Below the pieces are notes generated by a model. That model worked only from the letters and a program-made list of their open reading frames with translations. It was not told the origin of the DNA and did no database searches. 64,000 bases of DNA from Paragordius varius (Eukaryota; Animalia; Nematomorpha). The translations under genes and the position numbers were made by a program. Positions 46,133 through 56,892 of the stretch are shown in pieces (position 1 is the first letter of the stretch; the number at the start of each line of letters is the position of its first letter). The stretch spans positions 10,354,001 through 10,418,000 of the forward strand of contig OZ176053.1 in NCBI GenBank assembly GCA_964247055.1, given 5' to 3'.

Positions 46133-48823
46133 ATGTACCAAATAATGGTTTCAATGCATTACATTCATGTGTTTACTTACCTTGTACCATTTTTGGTCAT
46201 CTATTCATCATCCCTTATCGTTATTTCCAATCAAACGGACTCTAATATCGAAATTATCGAACATGTCGATATTTTGGAAAGTGAAACTTTAATCAAACAA
46301 CCAGCATGTCAACCACTCACCATTCCAATGTGCAAAAATTTGGGATATAATATGACAACTTTTCCAAACACACTTAATCACGATACCCAGAATGAAGCTG
46401 GTTTAGAGGTCCATCAATTTTGGCCTTTGGTGGAAATCAAATGTTCTCCGTATCTCCGTATGTTTCTTTGCAGTGTGTATGCCCCCATATGCGTAGAAAA
46501 TCATCCAACCCACCTCAAGGTTTGCCGGTCCGTATGTGAAAAAGCTAAAGCCGGATGTGCCCCACTAATGATGAAGTATGGCTTTTCTTGGCCAGAACGC
46601 ATGAATTGCGACTCTTTCCCGGCCGAATCCGATCAAAATATTGAGACATTTTGTGTTGATTTGAATCACTTGGATAAAATCGGTGGCATGGACAAAAGTT
46701 CTACCCTATCGACCATTAATTCCCGGCAAACTACGAACCTATACAAACTGGAATCATCAACGAATCAACCAATCAAAATTAGTCCTTTGTCCCGTGTACC
46801 ATCCGATAAAGTTATATTTACTACCCCCAACGCTTCACAAAATAAAAAGTGTTTTTCCCCATTGGTTCACATACCGTATCTTACTAATAAAAGGAATAAT
46901 ACATATGAATACAATAATAATTATGCTGGAGTAGGTGGAATACAAAATTGTTTTCATGGGTGCCATGGGAGCATATATTTTACTGACGAAGACAGGACAT
47001 CCGCATATTATTGGGTCGGATTATGGTCCATATTTTGTATTGCAATAAGTTTGACTTGTCTCTTAACCAGTTTTATCGATAAATCCAGATTCAGTTATCC
47101 TCAAAGGCCGGTAATATTCATAGCTATTTGTTACATCTTCATTAGCGCTGGTTACCTTATGCGGTATTTTGTTGGAGAAAATAATGTAACATGTACAAAA
47201 AATATATTAAGAACTCCATTACACTATAATATTGAGTCAACTCTAAATAATTTTAATGCAAATCCAGCAAATGTAAACTTAACTACCATACATACAACGT
47301 CTACACTGAATTCGATAAATACCCAAATCGGTGGCCATGTATGTGTCATTGAATTTATCCTCATATATTATTTCCTAATGTCAAGCTACATGTGGTGGAT
47401 TATTTTTTCAATCTCATGGCTACTTTCGTCAAGTTTGGGTTGGGGCGAAAAAGCCATAAACAAATTATCCATATACTTTCATTTGTTGGGTTGGTTCTGG
47501 CCCATGATTCAAACTATATTCGTTATTTTACTGTTTGCCATCGATGGTGATCCTCTTTTCGGGGTATGTTTCGTTGGTCACACTTCTCGCACTAATCTGT
47601 TAGCGTTTTTAATTTTACCAACCACCCTGTATTGGCTGATTGGATCTATAATAACAACCACGGGCTGGATATACCTGATTAAAGCACGCAAGTTATATGC
47701 GAAATATGGAAACTTGACGAAAATGGATTCTTTGGTGTGGAGATTGGGTGCCTGTGTGTTATGCACCGTTATACCAATAGGTATCGTAATAGCATGTTAC
47801 CTCTATGAATACTTGCTGAGAGAAGCATGGGATACTGCTTATGTCACAAGAAATTCACAAAATATAAAACCAATTTTTTGGGTTTTTGCATTCAAATATT
47901 TTGTTACTCTTTTTGTGGGCTCATTCTTTACAGGCGTTTGGGTTTTTTCAAGAAAAACTTTTATTGCATGGAAATCATTTGTATATTCAATATATCGAAT
48001 AATTACATCACCCATTTCTCGCAAGCCCTCAAAGATTGGAGAAGAAGAAAATGAAAAACACATATATCCAAAGATACAGGGTAATGACAAAATAGCCAAA
48101 AATGATTATAATGAAGATATTATTTGTGTACTTAATCCCCGTGTTTTTAAATCTCAACCATCAGTTTTATTGCCCAAAACTTATTCAAACTACAAAAAAT
48201 GGGAAACAGATAAGACAGAATCAAACCCTAAAATTATGTATAAACACCCTACTAGGCTGTTTGAACATCAACGAAATTACAATCAAGAGAAAAGTTCATC
48301 CGAAACTTATCAACCTGGACACAGTAATAATTACACAAATTCGGATCAACCACTCTTGTATAATGCCAACAAAAGTGGTAGCAAGAGCCACAACAAAATT
48401 CATGACAATACCCACATTTCACATCATAACCATTTCTTGAAAACGCATAAAATTCCACCCATCCCACGCCTCCCTTCACTGGAAACAAAATCATTTTATC
48501 CAAAGCTGTATAAAAGTGTATTTAGCGGTGCAAAAGCCTCATTTTCTATGCTTAAGGCTAATCCATCACACCCTAAACATTTATTGCTAGTATCATCCGG
48601 GACAGAGAAAGAAGATACGAGTGTAGGTTTATCACCCAATCAATCCCTTCAAACGAAATCAACACATTTATTAGCGAGCCCTGTAACAATCGATGGATCT
48701 CATGATTATAATCTTCTTACACAGCAAAACACAACTATTCAAATAGCACCTAATAATATTTTTTTTAATCAGGGTACGCCCACAAATCAAGAAAATCACA
48801 AAAACTTTCCTGTCTACATTTAA
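46133..48823 (+). CDS. fzd5/8: Frizzled receptor, Fz5/8 (Dfz2) subfamily, single coding exon, 896 aa
   Basis: Hydrophobic N-terminal signal and 10-Cys CRD with the subfamily-typical HQFWPLVEI and CEKAKAGCAPLM. Seven TM segments with YPQRPVIF, GDPLFGVCFVG, TM6 RLG, and KTxxxW (KTFIAW) after TM7. Confidence 0.95.
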   Translation: MYQIMVSMHYIHVFTYLVPFLVIYSSSLIVISNQTDSNIEIIEHVDILESETLIKQPACQPLTIPMCKNLGYNMTTFPNTLNHDTQNEAGLEVHQFWPLVEIKCSPYLRMFLCSVYAPICVENHPTHLKVCRSVCEKAKAGCAPLMMKYGFSWPERMNCDSFPAESDQNIETFCVDLNHLDKIGGMDKSSTLSTINSRQTTNLYKLESSTNQPIKISPLSRVPSDKVIFTTPNASQNKKCFSPLVHIPYLTNKRNNTYEYNNNYAGVGGIQNCFHGCHGSIYFTDEDRTSAYYWVGLWSIFCIAISLTCLLTSFIDKSRFSYPQRPVIFIAICYIFISAGYLMRYFVGENNVTCTKNILRTPLHYNIESTLNNFNANPANVNLTTIHTTSTLNSINTQIGGHVCVIEFILIYYFLMSSYMWWIIFSISWLLSSSLGWGEKAINKLSIYFHLLGWFWPMIQTIFVILLFAIDGDPLFGVCFVGHTSRTNLLAFLILPTTLYWLIGSIITTTGWIYLIKARKLYAKYGNLTKMDSLVWRLGACVLCTVIPIGIVIACYLYEYLLREAWDTAYVTRNSQNIKPIFWVFAFKYFVTLFVGSFFTGVWVFSRKTFIAWKSFVYSIYRIITSPISRKPSKIGEEENEKHIYPKIQGNDKIAKNDYNEDIICVLNPRVFKSQPSVLLPKTYSNYKKWETDKTESNPKIMYKHPTRLFEHQRNYNQEKSSSETYQPGHSNNYTNSDQPLLYNANKSGSKSHNKIHDNTHISHHNHFLKTHKIPPIPRLPSLETKSFYPKLYKSVFSGAKASFSMLKANPSHPKHLLLVSSGTEKEDTSVGLSPNQSLQTKSTHLLASPVTIDGSHDYNLLTQQNTTIQIAPNNIFFNQGTPTNQENHKNFPVYI

Positions 48824-49166
48824 TAAAAACCATTTTAATTCATATATATATATTGTTTCAGATCTCTCCCTCTCTTATTATCTATAATTATATAGCCAAC
48901 ATCGATTCCTATTTATATAACCAATCAACCAGGATAATCATTCATGCATTTTTAATGATGACATTCTAAACCTGCCCATTAATAATAATCAATGTAAAAA
49001 TGCAATATATTTTTCTTTATTTACATAGTAATATATATTAAAATTGAGCATTTAATTATTTTTTATAATGTGAAATTAAATAAATGTCTATTTAAACAAA
49101 TTCAAGATGATGGTATTAGTTTTATTGCTGCTTCTCTAGGCTTTTAAATGAGTTTATATAGGCTTA

Positions 49167-52100
49167 TTATGTGTTAACCAAAAAATTTCTATATGCATCC
49201 TGTAGTGTCAGTTTTATCCTTTGTGCTGATAGTCTTGATTTGGGGTTTGCATTCCAACACTCTTTAATTATACTGATGAATGGTATTAGGTCCTAAGAAA
49301 TACATGTTATATACATTATTTCTACAATAAATATTGGAAATTATTAAGGTTTAAAAAAAAATCATAGGAAAATAGAAATCTTACAGAAGTGTCAAGGGCC
49401 TCAGGGGAAAATGTAGGTCTTAATTGCTTAGTTACGACTATGTTGGTGACATCGCTTATGGATGGATTATGGGGAACATTGTATTCACAGTATGGTAAAC
49501 CAATAACATTTTTATTTTTAGCACAGGCTACCGAAGATTGCTCAAAACCTTTAAAGTGTTTAAATTAATCGCAATTTAGTAGAAATTAGAAAATTATTTA
49601 TCGAATTAAGAATTCTTTGGAAAATTATTTGCAAATTTTAATATTAAAATAATATTTTTATATAAAATGGAATTTAACCAAAGATAACAAGTCCTATATA
49701 CACACATTTATATAGCAAACTTATTAACGATTTTTTTATTAATATTTAGTATTAATTAAAGAGAAAAGGCGAGAATAGTTTGTGATAAAATCAACACACA
49801 ATATTTTTATTTAAAAAAACATATTATGTATAATTTATCATCATTATTGGAATATATCGAGTATAATCGGAATCGATTTTGGAAGCCGTAATATAGCTCT
49901 GAACCGTTTTGGAACCGAAAATATCCCAGAAACGGCAGACGTTTTGAAAACCGTATATTTGTTATATTTATATTTCTTCTAAATTTTTATACCATAAGAA
50001 TATTTTTTCATTTTTAGAGAAAACTATCATAATTTGATTCGTTGTGGTTTATTTTATGCTTTGTAGTAATTACATTCAGTCCAAAATCCTAGCTTCTGTT
50101 TTAAAAAGACGAATGTCAAGTTTGATTAAAATACAATAAAACCATTTTTGCAAAAAACGGAACAAGAGCCAAAGCTAAAAAACTGACTCTGGTTCCAAGG
50201 GAATTACTTTTGGGGAAGTAGGCATCAAGAATTTCCCAAAATACTAAAGCAACTGAATAGAGATCAGCGTATTTTAAGGCCTCAAAAGTTTTCTCCATTT
50301 TTTCCGTTAGAACTTCAGGTGCCATGTATCGTTTTGTCCCAACCTTATTTAATTAGAATCAATTATTATTCGGAAACCTTTAAATTAATGTAGGTAAAAA
50401 GCACAACCATTTTTTTAAATATTCTAATCAAAGTAAACATTTTTAAGACCAGGATTACTTTATTTAAACTTAAACTCTTTATGAAGAGACTAATATCTGA
50501 CTGCTTATGAGTGGGTCAGTCATGGTCTTAACCAGTAAACGAAATTAAATCAAGCTGTTTTTCATATTGATATTATTATTATTAATGACATAAAACTAAA
50601 AAACTAACAAGTTTTTTAATTATTGTACCAATATATTATATATCACATGATTAACATATGTTAAAAAGAGTTGCACTTGTTGCCTATTTTATAAGCGACA
50701 ACAGTTAGTGTCATGAAGGACTAATAAATCAGACCCATATCTAGTTCTCCTTATTTGGAGTTACCTAAAGAAATATTGCTGAATCGTTAATATATTAGTT
50801 TAAGAAACTCACAAACTAAATACTAACCTGAATATTAAAGCTTTCGTTTAAACAACTTCCCTTTTCTACGACAGCCAACCCCAAATCGGAAATGCAACAT
50901 GTGGCTGGATTGCAATTATTATTTTTTATAAGTATAGTCGTTTGTTTAATGTATTCATCTTCGGTTAAGATATTTTGTGGATGAATGTTGGAATTTAATT
51001 GAGTTTTAATCTTTTTGTCGTTCGCTAAATGTTCCGCGCTGTCGAAAAACCATTGAGATGAACCATATGTTGGAGGATACAAGGGAGACACTGTTTGACA
51101 TAAATGTAATTTATAATTTGTAAAAAATTAGGCCAAATATTCCAATTATACTGTAACATTCGAATTTTTAAACAAAATTTTATAAAAAATGTTAGTGATT
51201 AACAGATCTATACTTAAGTTTTAAGAATATCAGGAGAGGTGGTTATTATCCAAAAAAGTTAATTATATTTACTAGTATTCACTTTTTGGCAAATATCCTA
51301 AAATATTTTTTTGTATGGTACATGGTATTTATTTTATCAAAAATTTAAACCTCGAGGTGCGTTAAATACTCAATGAAAAAAGCATCAACATGTGGAAAAA
51401 TTTAAAATGTGTGCTAAGTTTACCGATAAAAATCAGTTTTACATTGAAATTATTGCATCATACTGTAATATAGTTGTTTAATTATAATGCAAACACATTT
51501 AATCGAAGCACTTTCAATTTAATAAATCGTAATTAACACGCAATACCTTTTAATTTTATGACGATTACATTTTGGTGTAGTTTTGTACCCCAGAGTTTAA
51601 AATTGTAAATAAACTATACTGTATTAAAGTTATTTAATTAAAATTTAATTATCAAGCGTTTTTTCAGTATTGATAAAAAAGCATATATTTACAGTTTAGT
51701 CCCAAATTCGGATAGTTCCACAACACGATTTAAACAACAAGTAATTTTAAAATGAATAATATCATAAATGTATTTTTAAAGCTTTATAAAGATAATGAAC
51801 ACATCCTAACCATAATATACTATTTGCCATTGAATTACCGATTTTTAACCATACCGAAAAAATGGTGCCAATAATTAGAAGAGGATATTTTTTATATTCA
51901 TTAACAAAGGCAAATAATTTAAACATTTTTTATATTCGAATTTTATGGGTGTCTGGGGGAATATACTAACCCAAAAAGGTAATTAATTGTTAATATAAAA
52001 TAGTTAGAAATAAGAATAAATTTATGTTTATACTTTGTACATTTAATAATATTGATTCTAAGTGCTTAATATACGGCATCAACTGTAAAAAACATGTATT

Positions 52101-54713
52101 ATACAACTTCCGATGCTATACAATACATATCATTTATTCTTCAAAACACTACCTTCTTCGAAATGAAAAGTTAAAAAATATTGTCTTTGAGTTTTTAGAG
52201 AAAACTAATTTTCCCAAAGATAAGTATTTGAATTTAATGGGGAAGGCAGCTTTTTGCTTTAAAGGTAAGGAGCGTTTAATTTTAACCTTTTCTTAACCTA
52301 GATATTACAATAAAATAAAAATATAATTTATGGAAGTTAACAAAAAAATGGTCAAACATTTAATGTTCCAAAAAAATATTTATGCGGTTTTTTCGATCTT
52401 TTTAATAGATATGCCGGCCTCAAAAATATGATCATTCAAATCATCATGACTAAGCCAATCCAATACTAAAATTTCGCCATCTATCCTTAATTTTATTGCA
52501 CAATCCAATAAAAAATTAGAAAGAGAGCAAACAATATTGTACCTACTATGCTGGTTGAAGTTTCAGTTTCTATACATTTGTCAGCATCCATAGAGGTTAA
52601 AGGTGTTTGGTGAATATTTAATTGTTCCTCAGGGCCGTCCACAATATCATAATCAAAGGCATTTCGAATCAGTATATTTTTACTCTTTATATCCCTATGA
52701 GCTAAAGCAGATTTGGGATCTACGCCATATATTGGCATATGCAGATACATTAAACCTTTGCTTATGCTATAAGCCAGACTGTATACCGCATTTATACGGG
52801 TTTTTAAGTTGTTTAATGTAACATTATTAGTATTAGGATCATCATTAAATTGTTCCCGTCGAACCTTTTGCAGATAATCAAAAAGGGTGTGTTGACCATG
52901 ATACTCAAATATAATGCAATAAAAATAACGGCTAATATCTGCTCCCACGTAACGTAACACATATTCACTTCGTAAGGAAATTTGTTTGTAAATGTTTACC
53001 TCCTTTTCCCATGCGTCCATGGCCTGCAATTTGAAACATTTGATTGCAATTGGTTCTTTATGGAAATATCCTTGCCATAATTCGATTTGCGCATTTTTTT
53101 CTACATATAAATTTGGTATTAAAGTTATGGTAAAAAATTAAATATGTTAAGTTATGTATTTACCTATCAGGCGATTGAAAGTTATATCATTGATTAATGT
53201 TTTCTGTTGGCAAATATAAGAGTGTGAAGAAACATGGTCATTCTATTTATAATATAACAAATGTGTTTATTGGTCGTTTTAGGGTAATTTTATATAAATA
53301 GTGTCAATTTTTTACATTAAGCTTGCACGCTTTGGACCAAATTTTTAGAAAAAATGGATTGCTTGCATCCAAAAAAAGGGTCAAATAAAGGCGTCAAACA
53401 GATGAAAAAATAAAGTTATTGAATAATATCTATACCTCACGGTTTTGAACAAAACATGGTTAAAATTAAATCGATTTAATTTAGGTCATCGATAAAAATT
53501 TTATTTTGGCAATATTCAATTTTTCTTATTTTTTAACAGTCACGCGTTTTTTAAGCTAAATTTACCATAACCTATTTTATACAATAATAAAAATTTTAAT
53601 TCAAAAATTTATCCCGAAGCTTCTTAATGTTGTTTGAAAAAAAAACAATCAACAGTTTAGAACATTTTGGTTTGCATTTATTCTATTAGGTGACATTTGA
53701 CGCCCAATTTTTCAGATTCTAATAGTTTATCATTCGCTTTATTTTAAAATTTGTGCATAACAACTGCACCTAAATTTAAAAAACTATGTTGCATATATAT
53801 AACTTGAGAGTTCAGTGATCCCTTTCTTCGGTCCAAATCTTTACAATGTATCGAATACGAATATATTTTATTGAAATTATATTTTCCAACGCTAACATTA
53901 GATGATGTTGGTATACTACTGTTACGTTTACCGAATTTCCGTTTTTTCTTTTGAACAATCAGGAGGTACGCCAGAAGGGATGTGAGAACAAGGATGCATA
54001 TTATAAATGCCAAAATAATTTGCACCAATCTTGAATGAATATCAAAAGACGAAGTTTTGTTTGACACCGGGTCAGTGCACAGGCAATCGATTAAGCTAAA
54101 ATTATTGTTCTTAATGGAATATATGGTGGATGGAGGTAGGGATACATTTTCATACTGGCTTGGACTGAATTTAGAATTTCGCAAATCTGTTATATTATCT
54201 AAAAATCATATGTAAAAATTAGGATCGTTTTATGTAAAAGGCATGAAAAAGAATAGTTTTTTGACATTTATGTCAAAGAAAATAAATAATAATCTTAAAA
54301 TTGATCTAAATATGAGTTACCATCTCTCCTATCCATATGAGTAGCTCTGGTGAACGTAACTGGATTAAGAGTTTGCGAAGTCGTTTTCTCGTTTGTCGCT
54401 GAAAGAAAGGTTGTGTTGGCATTGCAAAATTCGAAATCGCAACAATACGTTTCCATGCCCTTGAAATGGCAACGATTTCGACTAAGACTAAATTTCAAAC
54501 ATCCGCGTTTTATAGTGTGACTTCCATGCAACATACTTACATAACACTATGAAAATATAGGGTTTTTTACATTTTTTTCTAGAATAAAAAACAGAATAAT
54601 TTTTCATTGAAAAAAAAACTGTAAAAATGGATTACAAATTATACCAAATTATCCGTCATACAAAATTCGTCCGCGCAACTTGAGCAGCTACATTTGATCC
54701 AATTTTTTGTAGT
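49167..54713 (-). CDS. TGF-beta/activin/BMP receptor Ser/Thr kinase, type-I-like but highly divergent; first coding exon unresolved
   Basis: Exons 54713-54645, 54546-54321, 54198-53804, 53242-53164, 53100-52543, 51090-50828, 50343-50188, 50095-50074, 49548-49385, 49292-49167 (2058 nt, open to TAA). Ectodomain CSCSSC...C...CY...RGC...C...YCCDFEFCN, one TM ([25 protein letters not shown]), then [73 protein letters not shown]. Confidence 0.92.
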
Positions 54714-56892
54714 CTATTATGACAGTCATGGTTAGAATTGTGCAATATTAGTAAAAAATAAAATTTGCTTTTACAATATTTAGAAAGTATAAATAGTTTA
54801 CCATCTAACAGAATAATCTTCTGGATATTCTTTATATCATGAATTGGAAAGAATTTTTTGAAATAAAAAAAATATTTTTTTTTGGTTTCAGACTTATTTT
54901 TATTGCATAGCTGTCCAAATAATAACTGATTCGTTCTTAAAAAATGGTTATGAAAAAGAAAACCTATTTTACTCACGCAGCACTATAGTGTGCCTTGATT
55001 TGCATAGTCTTCAACAAATCGCTATTTTTTATACACATTTTTAAAAAGAAAATGATATTGGCGCCAGACATACTTAGCTACATGTTAAATCTTGTTTTAA
55101 AAATTACTCCTTATAGTTAAAAGCTAAAAAATAACTGTTAAAAAAAGTCAAAACGTGTTTTTTACTACTTTCCCGAGCCTCTATTCTGTTAAACCTGAAA
55201 TATATAATAGTGGTATGATGCAACAATATAAATAATTTAAATAATGGTTAATATGTTAAACCTTGACCAATGTCAAGGTATTTTTTCAGTTTTTTATATC
55301 TATCTACAATTTTGTGTGAGTAACTTTTTTGAAAACGAGGAAACAATGCTAATATGAGCTTTCACTACTACTTAAGTCATTTAAGAAAATCTTATAATCA
55401 AACTCAAATGCGACAAATCGTTTCTAGTGTGCAGGCCGCCGGGAGTTAGTTTGGATGACTATATAGATATTATAAAATTGCAAATGCAAGAAAATTGTTC
55501 TTACTTTATTAGCTTTTTTGACGCTAGCCAAACCGTTTCAAAACCGTCAAGACCGTTTATCGAGCCGGATCACGTCAAAATAGATTTTATTTTTTTAAAA
55601 TTTTGAAAACTAAAGATTTTAGGTTTTTAAAGTGGATTAACATTTTTGTTGCTTAAATGTTTATTTTTTGACTATTTATCCACATTATATAAAATAATTA
55701 GGTTACGCTTATGGGAGCCAAAGTTAAAACTACTTAACTAAATAATCAGTATAACTTTTTCAAGAAACAAAATTAGTGCATCCGAAAACCCTTTTTTAAA
55801 GAAATATGTGGAATCAAAGCTGGAATCAGGTATAAAAGTAACATAGTTCTGGTTTTAAAAACGATGTGGTTTCAATCCAACTATTATGATATCACTGATT
55901 TAAAATTCAAAGTGCTATATCTTTTTAAAAATAGTAATAATCCTATGAAATGATATTTATCTCATATATAATCAAGTTAGGCCTTAATTCTAAATCATGA
56001 TGTCATTCATTGATTAAAATTGTTTTTACTTTTGCGATTGACGATATTGGCCCCTTGAAACGATAAATAATTGGAATTTGACATAAAGGATATATTTTTG
56101 ATTTTATTTTTTATCGCACCACACCAAGCTTTATTTAGTTTTATGCATTAACTATTTGAAACTCTGATAGTCATATTTAATCAATAATCCGTCCAGAAAA
56201 AATCATTTTAACTTTTGTTCCTCATTAGGGCAAAAATACTCATGATCGGTGTAATAACTAATCAATAGGCATTAATAAAAATAACAATTCAGAAACGTTA
56301 GGCAAAGTACAGCCAAATTTTACATATAATAAGAATTCCAATCTAATATTAATTTTAAGGTATGAAAAAGTTAATACTTTTATGTCGGAAAAACAATAAA
56401 TCAAATGGGTCCTATATGATGTGTAAAAAATATTTAAAATTAATGAGTCACGCTCAAAAACAAGTTGGGGAATTATATTCGCGTTGTGTAAATTTTTAAT
56501 GTTCTTAAAATTGTTATTTATTAAAAACATTAAAGTGAGTTGCTAAAAGGACATTCTGTGTCATCAGTTATAGTTAGTTAACTTCTGTTTTTTTATTTTT
56601 GTTTTGGTTGTTTACAGGTAACATAATGATATATATTTATATTATTTATCAGAACTTAACTAAATTAACGGTTTTCATTTCGTTGTTTTTTCTATAACTT
56701 TCTTTATAAGACACCTGATGATTCTAAAATGGGTGATATTTTTGGATATCTATATGATGGAAACAGAAATCTAAAATTCATATTTATAATGAAAATTATT
56801 TCAATTATAACTATTTCAACATCCATAAATTTCATTATCAATATTAACATTCTATCCGATCAACACCACCAATAATAAATTACACTTAAAAA

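Noticed and set aside
49860-49960. Clusters of AACCG/AAACGG-like motifs (also ~14760-14830, 55520-55570, 57920-57970) as regulatory arrays
   Set aside because: They resemble subterminal motifs of decayed DNA transposons, and I could not define termini or a consensus.
52380-52480. Possible extra receptor exon ([14 protein letters not shown]...)
   Set aside because: It runs into a stop with no convincing donor, and the flanking exons already join in phase without it.
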